A DNA stretch of 64,000 nt, from the NCBI GenBank assembly GCA_951406725.2, contig OX597814.1, positions 162,254,001 to 162,318,000 on the forward strand, given 5' to 3'. Source of the stretch: Octopus vulgaris (Eukaryota). Position numbers and translations under genes: made by a program. Positions 39,512-52,984 of the stretch are shown piece after piece; position 1 is the first letter of the stretch, and the number at the start of each line of letters is the position of its first letter. Under the pieces are notes generated by a model that worked only from the letters and a program-made list of their open reading frames with translations, made no database searches and was not told where the DNA came from.

Positions 39512-40784
39512 TTAGGTTGTCAAGAAAGTTCTTGCAGAGTTTTTAATTTTGGTTTTAAATTATATATTTCCAAATTAATTTTCGTTAAATTACTTTGACT
39601 TTATATATAATTTTAAAACCCATTTTTCGCTCTATCTAATTGTGTTACTCTTTTTCTTTTAGAATAATTAGGCAATTTTTTATGGAATGTTGAATACAAC
39701 ATGGACAAAAAGCAAATTTGTACAATTTTCTTACTCCAGTTCAAGCTAGGCCGAAAAGCTGCTGATACAGCTTGCAATATCAATGATGTGTTTGGCCCAG
39801 GAATCACTAATGAACATACTGCACAATGGTGGTTCAAGAAATTTTGTAGCGGTGACGAGGGTCTTGAAGATGATAAGCGTACTGGTCAGCCATCGGATAT
39901 TGACAATGATGAACTAAGAGCCTTAGTGGAAGCCAATCCACGCACAACTGTTCGAGAGCTTGCTTCTGAATTGGATGTAACGTATACGACAATTTCCAAC
40001 CACTTGAAAGAGATTGGAAAAACAAAAATACTTGAGAAATGGGTGCCACATGAATTGAACGACAACCAAAAAAATAACCGCCATTTTGAAGTGTTGCCTT
40101 CCCTTATTTTACGCAATAAGAATGACTCATTTCTCGACCAGATTGTGGCTTGCAATAAAAAGTGGATTCTTTATGACAACCAGAAACGCTCAGCTCAGTG
40201 GTTGGATGCCGATGAAGCTCCACAGCACTTCCCGAAACCAAAGTTACACCAAAAGAAGGTCATGGTGACTGTTCGGTGATCTGCGGCTGGTCTCATCCAT
40301 CACAGCTTTTTGGAACCAAGCGAAACCATTACAGCAGAGAAGTACTGTCAACAAATGGATGGAATGCATAAGAAACTCTGACAATAACAGTCAGCATTGG
40401 TCAATAGAAAAGGACCAATTCTTCTCCACGGCAATGCTCGGCTGTATGTCGCACAACTGACCCTGCAGAAGTTGAATGAATTGGGCTATAAAACTTTATC
40501 TCATCAGCCATACTCACCAGACCTCTCGCCTTCTGACTACCTCTTTTTCAAGCATCCCGACAACTTCCTGCATGAGAAATGCTTCAAAAACCAAGACAAT
40601 GCCAAACATGCCTACAACAACTTCATTGCCACCAGAATGCAAGATTTTTATGCTCTGTTTCTCGTTGGCAAAAGTGTGTTGATTCTGATGGTGTTTATTT
40701 CAATTAATAAAGTTTTGTTTGAACCGAAATATGTGCATCTGAATTTAAAGGTTAACAACCACAAGAACTTTCTTGACAACCTAA
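39512..40784 (+). mobile_element. Full-length mariner transposon, Hsmar1-like (cecropia subfamily)
   Basis: Perfect 23-bp TIRs TTAGGTTGTCAAGAAAGTTCTTG (39512-39534 / 40762-40784); TA on the right, TG on the left; length ~1.27 kb. Confidence 0.95.
39701..40707 (+). pseudogene. mariner DD34D transposase, inactivated
   Basis: MDKKQI..QWWFKKFC..WVPHEL..KWILYDN..HQKKVMVTV, VNRKGPILLH, YSPDLSPSDY. Stops at 40277 and ~40380; the first two catalytic Asp are mutated (CNKKW, HGNAR); a late deletion/frameshift near 40650. Confidence 0.93.
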
Positions 40785-40962
40785 TATATTTCAGGTTTTG
40801 TATGCGACTGTTTAATCATGCCATGTACAAAAGAACTGTCTGAATTTCAAAGAGGCTGTATTGTGGGTCATTCTGAAGGTGGACATAGTTTGACCGATAT
40901 CATCAATGTATCATGTATCCAAAAAAGAAGCACACTCTAAAGCATAGAGCAGTAATGTATTT

Positions 40963-41260
40963 ATAAGTAGTTAAGTTTATGTCTGGTCATAGAGTGACCA
41001 ACCATTTCACATCCATGAAGGGCTTAGTCCTGTGAATGTCTTGTCAGACTCTAAAGCTGCCGACAAATGTAACTCTTCATCTCTGGGAGGCAGGAATCCA
41101 TAACCTGACCAAATGACCATAACAGATTCCTGCCTCCCTGTGCCGAAGAGTTACATTTGTTTTCAGCTTGTGAGTCTGATGAGATGTTCATGGGGTTAAG
41201 CCCTTCGTGGATGCAAAACCATTGGTCACTCTATGACCAGACATAGACTTTACTACTTAT
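40963..41260. repeat. 298-bp imperfect fold-back (palindromic) element, probably a non-autonomous DNA element
   Basis: Arms 40963-41098 and 41125-41260 are colinear reverse complements without gaps (e.g. tatgtctggtcatagagtgaccaa / ttggtcactctatgaccagacata); 26-nt loop. Confidence 0.92.
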
Positions 41261-42367
41261 GTATGTATGTATGTATGTGTGTTTGCATGTTTGTGTGTGT
41301 GTGTAAATTATCACCAGAAACATTAATTAGTATGCTAATAAATGCGAACGAGAAGTATGTGTTGAATGTGAATTGTAAGGTTACGGATTTTCTTTCCTGG
41401 TTTGTTAGACAACAGCTATTTATTGTCGTCGTCAAGGAAACTGGGAGAAAGTTGGGACCATCTGTGAAACAGCAGCGCTGTCAAGAAGGAAAGACAACTA
41501 CTACTACTACTACTACTTGCAAAAACGAAGGAAAAGTGCAGAGTAAACATTTTATGGAAGGAATAGGTGCAGATTCTTGAAACTGACGGTGGAAGCGAAA
41601 TGGTGTTGGCGGATACATCTGCCAATAGAAAACAATATATTCTCCGTATGCTTACTCGAACCCACTAGGAATAGTAATTAAATTTCTTTCACATAACACC
41701 ATAACATGGACACGTTGGATGGTGTAATTAAAGATACAGTCAGAAAAGTGAAAAACTAAATAAGATGGTCATGGTTAGAACGTCTTTTGATCAAAGACAA
41801 GCTTGATCACAGCTAACCTAAGACAGGGCTACAACAACAATAACAATAGTATCGATACGAACGATTAAAAGAAGTAACTGAGTAGAATAAAAGAGATAGT
41901 AAGAAGAAAGGAGCGGATAAAAAAAGAAAGAAACACATACATAAGAAGAGCTAGAATAATGGAAGATCGTTAGGGCAACAATCAACAGTTAGTAGCAGAC
42001 TGGATTTTTAGAGGACCTTCAACAGCAAATAACATGAGCAGTAGTTTAGTACTACTTCAATTACTCCCCGCCAAACACAAAACGCATACATACAACAGGC
42101 ATATGGCATACACGCGCAGACAAACACACAAACATACATACACTCCCTCTGCACACTCAATCACATATTTTGAACCACTCCTCAAAAGATGGTTTATTTT
42201 TCTAGAGCAGCAGTATTTCATTCTGCTGAAATTGCACACTTAACGTAGTTCTGTTGAGAGACAATTGTTGCTGAGCTTCGTATATGCAGCTAATACAGTT
42301 GATTGTTACACTACATATATTATTAATATTATTATATTAATTATACATCTAATACTGCTTTTATTAA

Positions 42368-42404
<37 letters not shown>

Positions 42405-42670
42405 TTGCTACTGCTGCTGCTGCTATCGCTGCTACTGCTACAATAGTTTCTTAGCAATAATTTGGAAAGCTGAAACCATTTCTCTTATTGCCTTTCAAAT
42501 TTTTTTTTTCCTTGTGCATATATATTTGTTTGATTTTTTTCGTTAGTGACCTTTCTATGTAAATGAGCGTTAATGTTAATGTATGTATGTATGTATGGGT
42601 GGATGGATGGTTGTATGTGTGCATGTATATACAACACATGCGTGTGTATAAATAAATATCTACATACACC

Positions 42671-42701
<31 letters not shown>

Positions 42702-42707
42702 ACATAC

Positions 42708-42754
<47 letters not shown>

Positions 42755-43350
42755 TAGATAGATAGATAGATAGATAGATGCGCGCACGTACGTACACACA
42801 CACACACACAGACATATGTATGCATACTGGCATTAATATAACATGTGTATGTGTATACACATGTTTTTAGTATTAAGCAGTGAAAGGCTGGTAAGCTGGC
42901 AGACGCGTTAGTACATTGGTCAAAATGCTTTGCAGCATTTCATCTAACTTTGTACATTCTGAGTTCAATTTCCGCCAAAGTCGATTTTACCTTTCAACCT
43001 TTCAGGGTCGATAAAATAAGTGGGGTCAGTGTAATTGACTAGCATCCCACCCCTGCCATAGTTTTAGGTCCTGTGCCTACCATTATCACCATTGTTATAG
43101 CATCCACTTTTCTCTGCTTGCATGGGTTAGAATCAATTTGTTGACGTAGATTTTTCTAAGGTTAGATGCTCTTTCTATCACCAACCCCGCCACCTGTTTC
43201 CAACTAAGATAATGTTTTCCCAAGATCAGATGTTTTCACAAAATATTGTAAATAAAGGATTCTACTTGCATTTCAGTGACATTCATTGCCAACTGTTAGG
43301 CAATGTCAAACCAATGAGACAGCAAAACATTCATACATACACATGTGCAT

Positions 43351-43385
<35 letters not shown>

Positions 43386-44067
43386 CACACACAAGCACAT
43401 GCACATGCATGTACTAGAAAGGATTATTGAGCTGTAAAGCCACATAAGTGACTCACAGGCCAAGACAGTTGTGTATTGCACCTACCAAACTCCAGTATAA
43501 ATTATTAATCTTTTTGTTATATAGAAGTTATTATTGGTCTATATACTTCTATCAAAATAGTATCAATAAAGCAATATTTTGCAAAATCTGACTGTTAAGT
43601 AAAGAGAAAGAATAGAATAAAAAAGTAAAATAGAATAATTCTTAGAACATGCATGCACACACACACACAGAGATAGATAATCAGAGAGGTTAGCTGCCCT
43701 ACAGATGTGAACACCTCTTTCAAAATCATGAAACAGTAGAAGGTTCATAGACAACTGCTTTGAAATTTGCAGTTCCACCACTGCTTGTAAATTTACATTT
43801 ATATAATCAATGGTGCACTTAGCTATGTTAGGAAATGCTTAGAAAAGCTATGATTTCCAGGTAAAGACATCAGCTAGCATGCACTTTACAGATATGATAT
43901 GTAAGTGAAAGAGTAAAAATATGTAAATTTTTTCTAAAATTTGATATGTAGCAGTTAGCATTGCTGTAATCCATATTTCCAGCAATAGGGCTTATATTTC
44001 TTTGTTAGAAACCAGGTCCCCTTTGTCAGAAAGAATTCTAATAAAGAAAGTACATACATATATTTAG

Positions 44068-44264
44068 GTGTGGGCGAGGCTGTGTGGGAAGCAGTTTGCT
44101 TTCTAACTATATGGTTCTGGGTTCAGTCCTACTACACAACATCTTAGGTGAATGTCTTCTACTATAGGTGGCACCTTAGGTGAATGTCTTCTACTCAGGT
44201 TGACCAAAGCTTTGTGAGTGGATTTGGTAGATGGAAACTAAAAGAAGCTTGTCATGTGTGTATG

Positions 44265-44298
<34 letters not shown>

Positions 44299-44535
44299 TG
44301 TATGTATGTATGTATGTATGTATGTATGTATGTATGTGTCTGTCCCCACCACTGCCTGACAACTGGTGTTGGTGTGTTTACATCCCTGTACCTTGGTGGT
44401 TCAGCAAAAGAGACTGATAATATAAGTACCAGGCTTAAAAAAACAAGTACTGGGGTTGATTTGTTCAACTAAAATTCTTCGAGGTAGTGCCCCAGCATGG
44501 CCACAGTCTAAAGACTGAAACAAAAGATAAAAGCA
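44068..44535 (+). mobile_element. tRNA-derived SINE (9858 family) with internal (TATG)n
   Basis: Homology by eye to 9858-10285; small internal duplication of cttaggtgaatgtcttctact. Confidence 0.82.
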
Positions 44536-45379
44536 AGATACGTATGTATATATATATATATACATACATGGACACACATATATATATATAGGTATGGCTG
44601 TGTGGTTATTAATATACATCTCCACACACATATATTTATACAATTTCCTGTACATATACACACACATGCATGTGGAGATGTACACAAAAAGATAATATAT
44701 CCATCCTTCTATCTTTCTAATATTTTATTTCAAATTAACAATCCTTTCAAGTAAAAATAAGTTCCTTTATGTCTATAAATAGTCTAATAAGAATAAGTGT
44801 TCTTTCAAGTGTGTATAAGGATGTTTACAGACAGAAAGGAAATACAATTGAAAAATTAAAAAAAAAAAAAGACAAAGTAAGATAAAAACAAAATATGAAA
44901 AAATAGACAAAATAGATGTAGAAAAGGAACATAATGCAATTGTGAGCATGCACAGTAATGATACTACACTGCAACATGCAAGTACATGCATACGCTCCAA
45001 CTGCTAGAGATTGAAATGCGAGTATACCATCAACATTATCAGCATTTTTACATCTACTGTCTATGCAGGTACGTGTTGAATGGTTTGAAAGGAGCTGGTG
45101 CCTTGCTCCAGCATCTCAGTTTTTTTAGCTTTGTTTCTATGGTTGGATGCTGTTCCAAACTCCAACCACTTCACAGTGTACATGTAGCATTTTTGTCTGC
45201 AGCACCAATACTAATAGTTGTCTTGTCCTCAACAAGGTTACAGAGTGTGTGTGTATGTATCATCATCATCATCATCATCATTTTTACAGCTGTTTTTTCT
45301 ATACTGGCATGGGTTAGATGAAACTTATTCAGGAAGTATTCTATGGCTGGATATCCTTACTATTGCCAACTCTTTAATA

Positions 45380-45750
45380 TTTTACTTGTTTCAGTCATTT
45401 GACTGTAGCCATGCTGAAGCACTGCCTTTAGTCGAGCAAATCAACCCCAGGACTTATTCTTTGTAAGCCTAGTACTTATTCTATCGGTCTCTTTTGCCAA
45501 ACTGCTAAGTTATGGGGGCGTAAACACACCAGCATCGGTTGTCAAGCGATGTGGGGAGACAAACACATACACACATATATATATATATATATATACGACA
45601 GGCTTCTTTCAGTTTCCGTCTACCAAATCCAATCACAAGGCTTTGGTCGGCCCAAGGCTATAGTAGAAGACATCCAAGGTGTCACGCAGTGGGACTGAAC
45701 CCAGAACCATGTGGTTCGTAAGTAAGCTACTTACCACACAGCCACTCCTA
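45380..45750 (-). mobile_element. tRNA-derived SINE (9858 family), well-preserved copy
   Basis: Reverse complement matches 9858-10285 end to end; CpGs retained. Confidence 0.88.
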
Positions 45751-45888
45751 TGCCTGTGTTAGTTATTTTTCAAGTATATATTGTTATTCTATTGATCCTT
45801 AGACTTTAAAACCATGGAAACTGTCTAGCTACTGGATGTATACTTTACAGGAGACACAAACAAACCAAAAATTAGGTTAACTGGTTAA

Positions 45889-46079
45889 CCCTTTATCACT
45901 CAAATTTCTCTGTCAAATGTAATGCTTATTCATTGACATTTTTTAAAATTAAGCATGCATTATCTTGTAACTTGAAGATTTCAATAATGTGATTATTTAT
46001 TTTTAGAAAGACAGGCTGGTTTGAACATAAACCAAGTAGAATATTTGGGCCAGATATAGTCAGTTTAAATACAAAAAGA
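45889..46079. mobile_element. piggyBac-type MITE, same family as 6360-6602
   Basis: TTAA|cccttta..ctctgtcaaatgt...cagtttaaat..aaga|TTAA. Confidence 0.6.
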
Positions 46080-47058
46080 TTAAAAAGAAGTAATAGTTGT
46101 CACTGTGATCTCAGAACAAGTAAATCTCTGGCACATAGTCCAGGAAAAGATTAGATGTTATCTCTAGATCCAGTACTCAGATATACCACATATTCACCAA
46201 GAAGAGTTCATGCAATTTTTTAATGCCACATTCAACAGAAAACAACATCAAGCAATGATAAGAAGGAATAACTGAAAAAATACACAAAAACCAAGCAGGA
46301 GACAAGTAAATATGTGTGAATAACATGAGTCACTAAACAAACCATAAAAAGACAGTACAAAATAATCAGTAAAATAAAGATAACTTCCATAAAAACAGTT
46401 TATGAGCTTTTTATTTTAATAGTCAAATATTAAACTGGTTCTACCCCAATTCCTCTCATGCATAGCTTCTGTTTCTTTGGTTGTGTAGCATTTCTAATGC
46501 TTGTTTTTTGACAAGACAGGTTGAGCACAGCTGGGGTGAGAAAGTCACATGGAACCAACAACACTGAATGATATATGCAGAGAACATGACTATGCTTCAT
46601 GGCTTGATTGTAAGATGTTATTTATGGCAGAGCTAGATGAAGGAAAATTTAGACTGATCTCTATTCATTTATTTATTTATTTTGTATTTTTATTTGTCAT
46701 TTTGCAAAAATAGTATCTTCAGTTAAAGCTTTTCAGTGGGGACATTGCTTTACCACATTTCTGTTGGCAAGAATGACTAAATAGTGCCATAATTTATTTA
46801 GGTTTCTCACTAATGTATAAGTCCTTCACTGATATACGTTGGTAAAAATGTGCATGTGCACCCACACACACAATTTAAATCCACATTATAATTTTTTTTG
46901 TTTCACTTCTATACATATGTTTTCTAATACAGCACATCTATAAGAAATTTTATCTCAGACAAAAAGCAAAGTACCTTGCCTGTCAGTAGTATATTTAAGT
47001 TCTGTACACTACATTGATAGCTAGTTTAATTTAATACTACCTCAATTGTATACACCTG

Positions 47059-47101
<43 letters not shown>

Positions 47102-47171
47102 CACACATGTACATATATACATATATATGTATAAACATATACATATACAGACATATATATATATACATATA

Positions 47172-47830
47172 CAGGGTGCAGTGAATAAACTCGTCTAAAT
47201 TACACAAAAATGAAAATAACACAGACATCTCATTTTAACAGACATTCTTTTGTTCATTTACTTGTTTCAGTCATTTGACTATAGCCATGCTGGAGCATGG
47301 CCTTTAGTCAACTGTGCACCACACATAATAATCAAGAGGATTGCAGTCTGGGGAGTTAGGTGGCCAAATGTTAAGGGTGATGTGATCCCAGAAATTGTCT
47401 GATAGCCCTGACTGAGTTCTCCTGCTTATGTAGCATGGTGCAAAGTCCTGTTGCCTGACACAGCGTCTTCCAGCTGCCACCCTCTTGATCCAGGGCACAC
47501 TACCTCTTCCAGGCACTTGATGTAGGCCTCCATGTTGAGTCTGAGGCTGTGTTGGAAGATGAATGGAAGCATAACATCACCATCACTAGTGATCACTCCA
47601 AACACCATGATGTTGACCGGATGTTTGATTTTTATCACTCTTGGTACTTGCCCTCAGATTGCACATCCAAACACTCTGAAATGATCATATTGGAGTTTCC
47701 AGCATGAATGCCAAGCAATACATTATGTCCTTTCCAAATTTCTGGCTCAGTAAGTTGCGTCATGGTGTTGTTTTTCTCACAGACAGTGTCCAACTGACCC
47801 TACTATACTGTGCATGTGTGAAATTAAAAA
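47172..47830 (-). mobile_element. Tc1/mariner-superfamily relic (maT/DD37D-like), deleted
   Basis: KHPVNIMVFGVITSDG..PFIF, PWIKRVAAGR, QQDFAPC and WPPNSPDCNPLDYYVW in ORFs 47426-47638 and 47304-47516; TA|CAGGGTG terminus at 47172. Confidence 0.82.
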
Positions 47831-49800
47831 TATAAAATATACTAAACACAGTATCATTGTAAATACTGTTATACCATTATATCCTATCTATATTTATGTG
47901 TTGTGAAAATCCGAGCTCACCTCATTCATACTATTGTCATCCTTTTGATGCAAACTGAATGAAAGAAGTGTATTGTTTTTTTATATATAACATGCAGTTG
48001 TTATATAATCAAATATTGTTACATACAAAATGAAAGTGAAGTGAAGCAAACCAATGTATTGATATTTAATAGCAATGAAATCTTAACATCACTTATGTTG
48101 AAAAGAAAAATAATTAGAAACAATATAATTGTATATATGAATAACATATTTACTGTTATTAAAGCAATAAGCATACCTATACTATTGTGCCACCTTGACT
48201 TTTTTTCATAGAATTTCAGTAAATTCACATGAGTCAGCTTTGTTTCCTCATAAGTTTTGGAAAAATGGGTGTTTTTGAATGAAATATTCCACAAATGCTT
48301 TTATAAGTGTGTAAATTGCGATTATATAAGAATTTGATATGAAAAGAAAAATAGTAAGCATCCATATATGCATACTGACACACATCACAACTTTTTTCAG
48401 AAATTTCAAGTTTCATTTTGTAGATATATATGATCTATGTCAGTATACATGTGTGTGAAACCACCAATTCTTTTTTTTCACATTAGGTTGTAATGTAATC
48501 ATAATCTACACACTCTGAAAGTTCTTTGTATCAAATTTCATCGAAAAATATTCATTTTTCTGAAAGCTTTGTCGAAACAAATCCTACTCATGCGAATTTT
48601 CTGAAACTCTTTTCTTTAGCATGGGCTGGAGGGGACAGGTTTGCAATACAACATCTCTATATATTTTCACTATAATCCAATGAGGGAACCTCTGTGTAGT
48701 TGCTTGATCGGCTTGGAGTAGTAGCCAACTCTTCTCCAACTTTCCTATTACAGCAATTTTCAAGAATCTTAGATCCATGGTTTACTGAATAAGATCCTAA
48801 AAATGTTATGGCACACCATCATCCTTTTCAAAGTTACTCATATACATAGATATAGCAAACACATTGTCAGACAATTGATAAAGAAATAAGTATTTCTTTA
48901 TTGATTGTCTGCTCCATGTTCGCCCAATAAGCTGTACCTAGTTGTTATACCTGTCTCTTGACATCATGTGCTACCAAATACAGAAGCATATGTAACAAAT
49001 GGAATAAAAGAATACCAAATTATACCCATGTTTCTTTCTCTTATCACCATATTTGTATTACGTCATAGCTTACCAATGGATACAAACAACCTGTGTATAC
49101 AAGTGATGGTGAGAATTTAATGTGATTAACATTAGAGCTGAAACCTATGCGGTTTAATTATTGCATATCAAATGTGTCTAATTGTATCTATATACATATA
49201 AGTACGAAAATTGTTTCAAAGCATAAGTCTGCATACGCATTACTTTTTGCTGCAAAGAAATACCTATGTATATGTACTGGTGCAGTGTATAAAAAACACT
49301 CAAGTTACCTAAATATCTTGTCATTTGCTAACTTACTTAAAAAAGCTTGCAACACGTCTATATACTGCTACATAAAACACACTTGTGCACTGTTACAAGA
49401 AGTAAAGATGCCTGGAGTATTGCTTTTATAAAAAAAAAAAAACGAGGCACACATTCGATAATGTCTACTATATCTGAGAAGAAAAACAGAATTGATGATC
49501 GGAGCTAGAATGTCTCTCACTAGGTTTACTCATTCAGGGTTAACCTTGAGTTACAACATCATCAGCAGCAGCAACAACATTTATAGCAACAGCAGCAATA
49601 AAAACAACTTGACTGCACATCATTTCATTTACCAAAATTCAGTGTTCTTGAATCTGACCTACTTCTTCCTAAATCAACACTCAGCAGTTCTCTATAATAA
49701 CAATTTATGCTAGATGAAAAAATATTTGCATGATATAGAAATGAAATTATCTCTGCATATAAAAAGTAGACTATATATATATATATAAATGAATGAATAA

Positions 49801-49880
49801 ATGTATGTATGTATGTATGTATGTATGTATGTATGTATGTATGTATGTATGTATGTATGTATGTATGTATGTATGTATGT
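49801..49880. repeat. (ATGT)n microsatellite
   Basis: Direct reading. Confidence 0.97.
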
Positions 49881-50446
49881 TAGGTCCAAGCATTAATTGT
49901 GTAAATACAGGATTAAAAACTAGTGGAATGACTTCTATAACTCTGGGAATAAACTACATGGGTGTATGAACTGCTGAAAATATAAAATAAATATATAGTA
50001 TGTAATATTACTATGTAAAGTATTGAGTCGGTTTGAAATGCAGCAATCAGAAGACGAAGGTAAACTGAAAGCATCTGTGCTATTGAATTATAGTTGAGAG
50101 AGAATGGTAGGATTTGGGTGAGAGAATGTCACAGTTTTATAATGGTTTATAATGGAAATTAAGTAGAGAGATGAAAGAAATGCTGAAATAAGGTGGTTTT
50201 GTTGGCATACAAGAACTATGGTCATATGAAAAATTGATGAACGTATTGCCCTTGTTAACGCATTGAGGAAAATGTTTAGCAGCATTTCTTCCAGTTTTTT
50301 GTTCTGTTGAGCAGTGGGGCCAATGTAATCGACTTGCTCCCTCCTCTGATATTACTGGCATTGTGCCAAAATTTGAAATTGTCGTCGTCGTTGTCGTCAA
50401 CATCATCGTCATCATCATCATCGTCATCATCATCGTCATCATCACT

Positions 50447-50477
<31 letters not shown>

Positions 50478-52816
50478 GCAGCAGCAGTAGTAGTAGTAGT
50501 AGCAGCAGCAAGGTGGTGAGCTGGCAGAATTGTTAGCAAGCAGGAAAAAGTGCTTACTGGCTCTACATTCTGAGTCTAAATACTCCCAATGTCAAATTTA
50601 CGATTCATCCTTTTTGGGTCAATAAAATAAAGTGCTTTTCAAGTATAGGGGTTAATGTGATCAACTTACTCCTCTCCTAAAATTTCTGGCTTTGTGCCAA
50701 AATCAGAAAGAGTTATCATTATATTATCATTACTACTTCGGTTGATAGTATCAACTAGTGATCGACCCCTAAAAATTTTTGATTGTAACTAAATTAGAAA
50801 CAATTATTTAAGAGTGGTAGATTAGCAGAATCATGAGATTTTCAGATAACATGCTTTGTAGAATTTTTTCTGGCTTTTTATATTCCAAGTTCAAATCCTG
50901 CCTAAGTCAACCTTGTTTCTAAACTTTTAGAATTCACAAAATAATGCACCTATCAAATATTGAAGTCAATGTAATTGACATAGCTCCCTACCTATCGACA
51001 TTGGTGGCCTTTTGCCTTTATTAGAAGCAATTATCATTATTAGGATGATGAGGAATTTTAAAATAAGAGGAAAGATAATTGTAAAAGAAAAAAACAAAAA
51101 TGCTTATATTAAATAGCAATTATGAATTGTCTGTAATTTAATCTAAGACATTACTAATAAACAGTAAAATGTTAAAAACATAAGTTTGCTTTAAATTAAG
51201 TAGTAACGTGAATTGCTCATTAATGAAGCAAACAAAAATAAGGAAAACATTAGCGTAGCTAACAAAATAACTACAAAATAATAAAGTATGATAGAAATGC
51301 AATTTCACAACTAATTAAATATTAAAATATAATTTCAGGCGTTATGAAAATAATGATGCTGTTTAAAAGTACCTCATGACCTAGATTTTTATATTTTGGA
51401 GTACAACAGTATAAAACCAAGCACAAAAATTTTGTTTTACATTGGGAACAAATTGTCTTCTAGCAGAAGATTGGTTGGTTCATTTGAGTGGCAGACAAGA
51501 GGTTTGCCTTCTGAGATTAACTTGAGCCATTTTTCCAGGGTTTTAAAGTAAAGTACCAGTCAGGGTGGTGAACTGGCAGAATCATTAGAGCACTAGAGAA
51601 GATTCCCTGTGGTATTTGTTTGAGTTCTTTGCATTCTGAGTTCAAATCCCAACATGGCCTGTTTAAGTGATAAAATTAATTGATCACTTGGTTCAAATCC
51701 TCACTATAGCAAGAATTCAGTCCAGATCTTCAGTCTGAGGACATCTTGCTTCCGCTAGAAGCATAAGGACATGGGCACAGTCTTTCTGCCAGACAATCTT
51801 TTGTTGTTTATTGTTTAACTTTTTTTCAAGTCATTGAACTATGGTCATGCTAGAGTACCATCTTGAAAAGTTTTAGTCAAGCAAATTGCTGCCAGTGCTA
51901 TTATTTTTTTAATTAAATCTGACACTTATTGTCATCATTATCATCATCATCATCATTTAATGTCCGTTTTCCATGCTGGCATGGGTTGGATTGTTTGACA
52001 TGATTTGGCCATCTGGAGAGCTGTCTAGACTCCAGTTGTCTATCGTGACATGGTTTCTATGGCCAGATGCCCTTTCTAATGTTAACCATTTTACAGAGTG
52101 AGCTGGGTGCTTTTTACATGTCATCAGCACATTATTTAATGTGGTAAACTATACCAGAAAAATAAAATTATTCTATCAGCTTCTTTCGTTGAACTGCTAA
52201 GCGACAAGGATGTAATGAAACCAACACCATTCATTGTGCAGTGGGGTCAGACACAAACACAAAACCACTCACACATAGATACACATAAATGCACACAAAC
52301 ACACAACAAACATAAGCACATAACACACACACACACACACACAGAATGGGATTCTTTTAGTTTTCATCTACCAAATCTACTCACAAGGCTTTGGTTATCC
52401 TGGGGTTACAGTAGAAGACACTTGCCCACGATGTGACTGAATCTACTTACTTACAGCTATAAAGATAGTAAAAAGAGTTACTTTGAATATTATTTGTTAG
52501 TGTTAAGTAACCTTCTTCAGTTCTTGTGGAAATAGTTATTAAAGTACTTTGGAGCTATCCATATATCAAGCATGCAAGGAAAGAGGAGGTCTCCATTATT
52601 ACCTAGAGAACCAACAAAGAAGCTTCTTTGTGGTTGATCAATTCTCTAGAAATAGTTATCATATCTCCTTCAAAGCACTGTCTGCTGCCTTAGAAGTAAG
52701 GGAAAAGACACATTAGATAATGTAGTCTGGGGTAAACTATACTAGAAAAGTTAAATTACAGAATGGCTAAGGCTGAATGTTTTTAGTCACAGCTTTGCTG
52801 AGGTGGTGGTAGTGGT

Positions 52817-52984
52817 GAAGAAAAAAAAGAAGAAGAAGAAGAAGAAGAAGAAGAAGAAGAAGAAGGAGGAGGAGGAGGAGGAGGAGGAGGAGATGATGAT
52901 GAAGAAGAAGAAGAAGAAGAAGAAGAAGAAGAAGAAGAAGAAGAAGAAGAAGAAGAACAACAACAACAACAACAACAACAACAA
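52817..52984. repeat. (AAG)n-(GAG)n-(AAG)n-(AAC)n compound microsatellite
   Basis: Direct reading. Confidence 0.97.

Noticed and set aside
41176-41200. CTGATGAG inside the long hairpin as a hammerhead
   Set aside because: No GAAA box; the TG is explained by CpG decay of a palindrome arm (the partner arm reads cttgtcag).
48230-48620. Possible DNA-transposon terminal sequence (aaatttcatcgaaaaatattc...)
   Set aside because: Style is suggestive, but no paired TIR, TSD or ORF could be identified.
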